DNA of 64,000 nucleotides from an uncultured Planctomycetota bacterium (GTDB lineage: Bacteria > Planctomycetota > Planctomycetia > Isosphaerales > Isosphaeraceae), in the NCBI GenBank assembly GCA_963845755.1, contig CAWJTV010000044.1:32001-96000 (forward strand). Direction: 5' to 3'. The notes beneath the pieces were generated by a model. That model had not been told where the DNA came from. It was given only the letters and a program-made list of their open reading frames with translations, and ran no database searches. Below, in pieces: positions 62,198-64,000 of the stretch (positions are counted from its first letter, which is position 1; each line of letters starts with the position of its first letter). The position numbers and the translations under genes are program-made.

Positions 62198-62704
62198 ATG
62201 CTCATGGGATCACCGATTTCTCGAACTCGCTGCCGGATCGTACTTTCACCGTTGCCCTGTCTAGCGACGATGCTTGTCGGCGCCGCGTTCACCCAGGCGA
62301 ACCTGGGCGGCTCGAACCTCTCGACTCCCTACTACGACTTCGGCTTCCCGCTCACTTATCGGAGGCACTTCTTCCGATCCGTCGGGGTGGACGAGTTCCA
62401 TCCCGCTTCCCTGGCCTTCGACATCGCCCTTGCCGCCGTCGTCTCCGTGTCAACGTTCGTGGCTACGCGGCGGTGGTCCTGTCTGATCGAGCGATACCAG
62501 AGATTCACAGTACAAGGGCTCATGGCAACGGTCGCCATCTTCGCGATCACGTTCGCCCTGTTGATCGCTGCCCCGCTACTCTACTTCGGTGTGCTCCTCG
62601 GTTCCTTGTTCTACGGACTCGTCTGTATCGTGCATGTGTCCGTCCTGTGCACGTTCCATCTCCGGACTCGGCCGCGCAGCCTCAAGATGAGCCGTCACCG
62701 ATAA
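62198..62704 (+). CDS. Hypothetical membrane protein
   Basis: Four hydrophobic segments; YDFGFPLTY and RFTVQGLM motifs. Confidence 0.55.
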   Translation: MLMGSPISRTRCRIVLSPLPCLATMLVGAAFTQANLGGSNLSTPYYDFGFPLTYRRHFFRSVGVDEFHPASLAFDIALAAVVSVSTFVATRRWSCLIERYQRFTVQGLMATVAIFAITFALLIAAPLLYFGVLLGSLFYGLVCIVHVSVLCTFHLRTRPRSLKMSRHR

Positions 62705-62715
62705 AGCGGCACCTG

Positions 62716-63390
62716 CTAAATCAGCGGCCGATTCTCCAGCCCGCCGGAATCCTTCACACCGAGGTTCTCGTAGATCTGGCGCGTCGCGTCGGAGCGATTG
62801 AGGGTGTAGAAGTGGAGCCCGCGGACCTGGTGGTCGAGCAGGTCCCGGCACTGTTCGGTGGCCCAGTGGATGCCGACCTTGCTGACGGCCTCGGGCGAGT
62901 CGGCACAACGGCCGAGCGCGCGGAGCAATCGGGCCGGGAACCGGGCGCCGAGCGCCAGCTCGGCCATCCGGGCGAGGTTCTCCCGCGAGGTGATCGGCAT
63001 GATTCCCGCAAGGATCGGCACTCGGATGCCGGCCAGGTCGCACCGTTCGCGGAAGTCGTAGAAGTCCGCGTTACTGAAGAAGAGTTGCGTGCAGATGTAA
63101 TCGGCGCCGGCGTCCACTTTCCGCTTGAGATAGTCCAGCTCCTTGAGCCGATTCGGAGTCGTCGGATGTCCCTCGGGAAAGCCGGCGACCCCGATCTCGA
63201 ACCCGCGCGCGTCGGGGACCCGCTCGTCGCGCGAACGGATAAACCGGACCAGTTCCTCGGCGTACTGAAATGCGTCCTGGGATCGATCGTGGTTCGCCAT
63301 CGTCCGGGGCGGATCGCCGCCCAAGGGCAGGATGTTCTCGATCTGCGATTCCGCGTAACGGTCGAGGATCGTCGCGAGTTCTTCGTGGCC
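62716..63390 (-). pseudogene. metF: 5'-truncated methylenetetrahydrofolate reductase
   Basis: IENILPLGGDPP, VAGFPEGHP, LKRKVDAGADYICTQLFF, GIMPIT and GLHFYTLN are present. The frame hits a stop near 63410 and the N-terminal SFEFFPP/SVTYG/HLTC region is absent. Confidence 0.8.
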
Positions 63391-63599
63391 AGCGATCTGC
63401 GGACGCGCTCATCGGTCTCACCGGTCTGGCGGTTGAGCCAATGTTCCCTCGAAAAAAAATCGATGGAGCATTGATCCGCGATTTGTCGCTTGATAGACTC
63501 TGAGGCGTAATCAGACATGTCGCGCACCGTCTGCCCCGAGGGTTCCGGCGATGGTCGAGCGTGATTTCACATCATCTACACTACCGACGGCTAAGGTGC

Positions 63600-63675
63600 G
63601 CAGCCCGCAGCCCGCAGCCCGCAGCCCGCAGCCCGCAGCCCGCAGCCCGCAGCCCGCAGCCCGCAGCCCGCAGCC
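63600..63675. repeat. Tandem repeat (GCAGCCC) x about 11
   Basis: Ten perfect 7-bp units plus GCAGCC. Confidence 0.95.
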
Positions 63676-63936
63676 ACTTCTCTACCCCATTTCGACGCCT
63701 CGTCCAGATTGAAGCGGACGGCGAGCACGAGAGCAAGGTGGACCCGGGACGGATCGAGGAATTCAACTTCTTCCCGTATCGGCTTCGAACGAGCCTGCGG
63801 CATCCGCCTCATTGTGTTGACCCTATACTGTGCGGACGAACACGTCAAACGGCAACGTCGTCCCAACAATCCGTCGGTGTTCAAGCATAATCCCCGTATT
63901 CCAATGCGACCCGGAGATGGGAGTCCAATCTTAAAA

Positions 63937-63999
63937 GCTGTTTCAAAAGGGGGGACAGGCACCTCGAAGACTCGGAGCCAGTCCCCGTTTTGAAACAGC
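63937..63999. repeat. REP-like palindromic element
   Basis: gctgtttcaaaa / ttttgaaacagc outer inverted repeat enclosing ggggacaggcacc...gagccagtcccc. Confidence 0.7.
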
Positions 64000-64000
64000 C

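Noticed and set aside
63600..63675. CRISPR array or repeat-protein gene
   Set aside because: Contiguous 7-bp units with no spacers and no cas genes; the ORFs crossing it are low-complexity translations.

Overview
High-GC bacterial DNA, almost certainly Planctomycetota and probably Isosphaeraceae-like (DUF1559 protein, two DUF1580-like proteins, an LEPR..LS/dockerin protein, a planctomycete-type integrase). The window has three zones. (1) 1-33.7 kb is accessory: a VioB-like gene, a DUF1559 gene and an orphan oxygenase/glycan-modification cluster wrapped around a four-gene MnxG-type operon (giant multicopper oxidase, beta-propeller, tandem SCO, cytochrome c/solute-binding fusion). (2) 33871-46171 is a 12.3-kb element integrated in tRNA-Thr(CGT), bounded by a perfect 43-bp att repeat. 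All its genes are on the minus strand: integrase, two xis-like genes, a sigma factor, a Rep with four internal iterons, a tail-assembly-chaperone-like gene with a -1 slippery site, a tape-measure-like gene and a TerS-like gene split by a MITE. No capsid, portal, TerL or tail tube is recognisable, so it is a candidate tail-manipulating phage satellite. (3) 46.2-64 kb is mostly core genes (GT-C glycosyltransferases, RluA, truD, desaturase, queG), plus a tRNA-Ile2(CAT) carrying a group I intron, a decayed TA-like pair, a 5'-truncated metF and small repeats. About 20 single-base frameshifts hit even housekeeping genes, which suggests sequencing indel errors, so most split genes are reported joined. 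Family calls come from motif recognition by eye; no searches were run.
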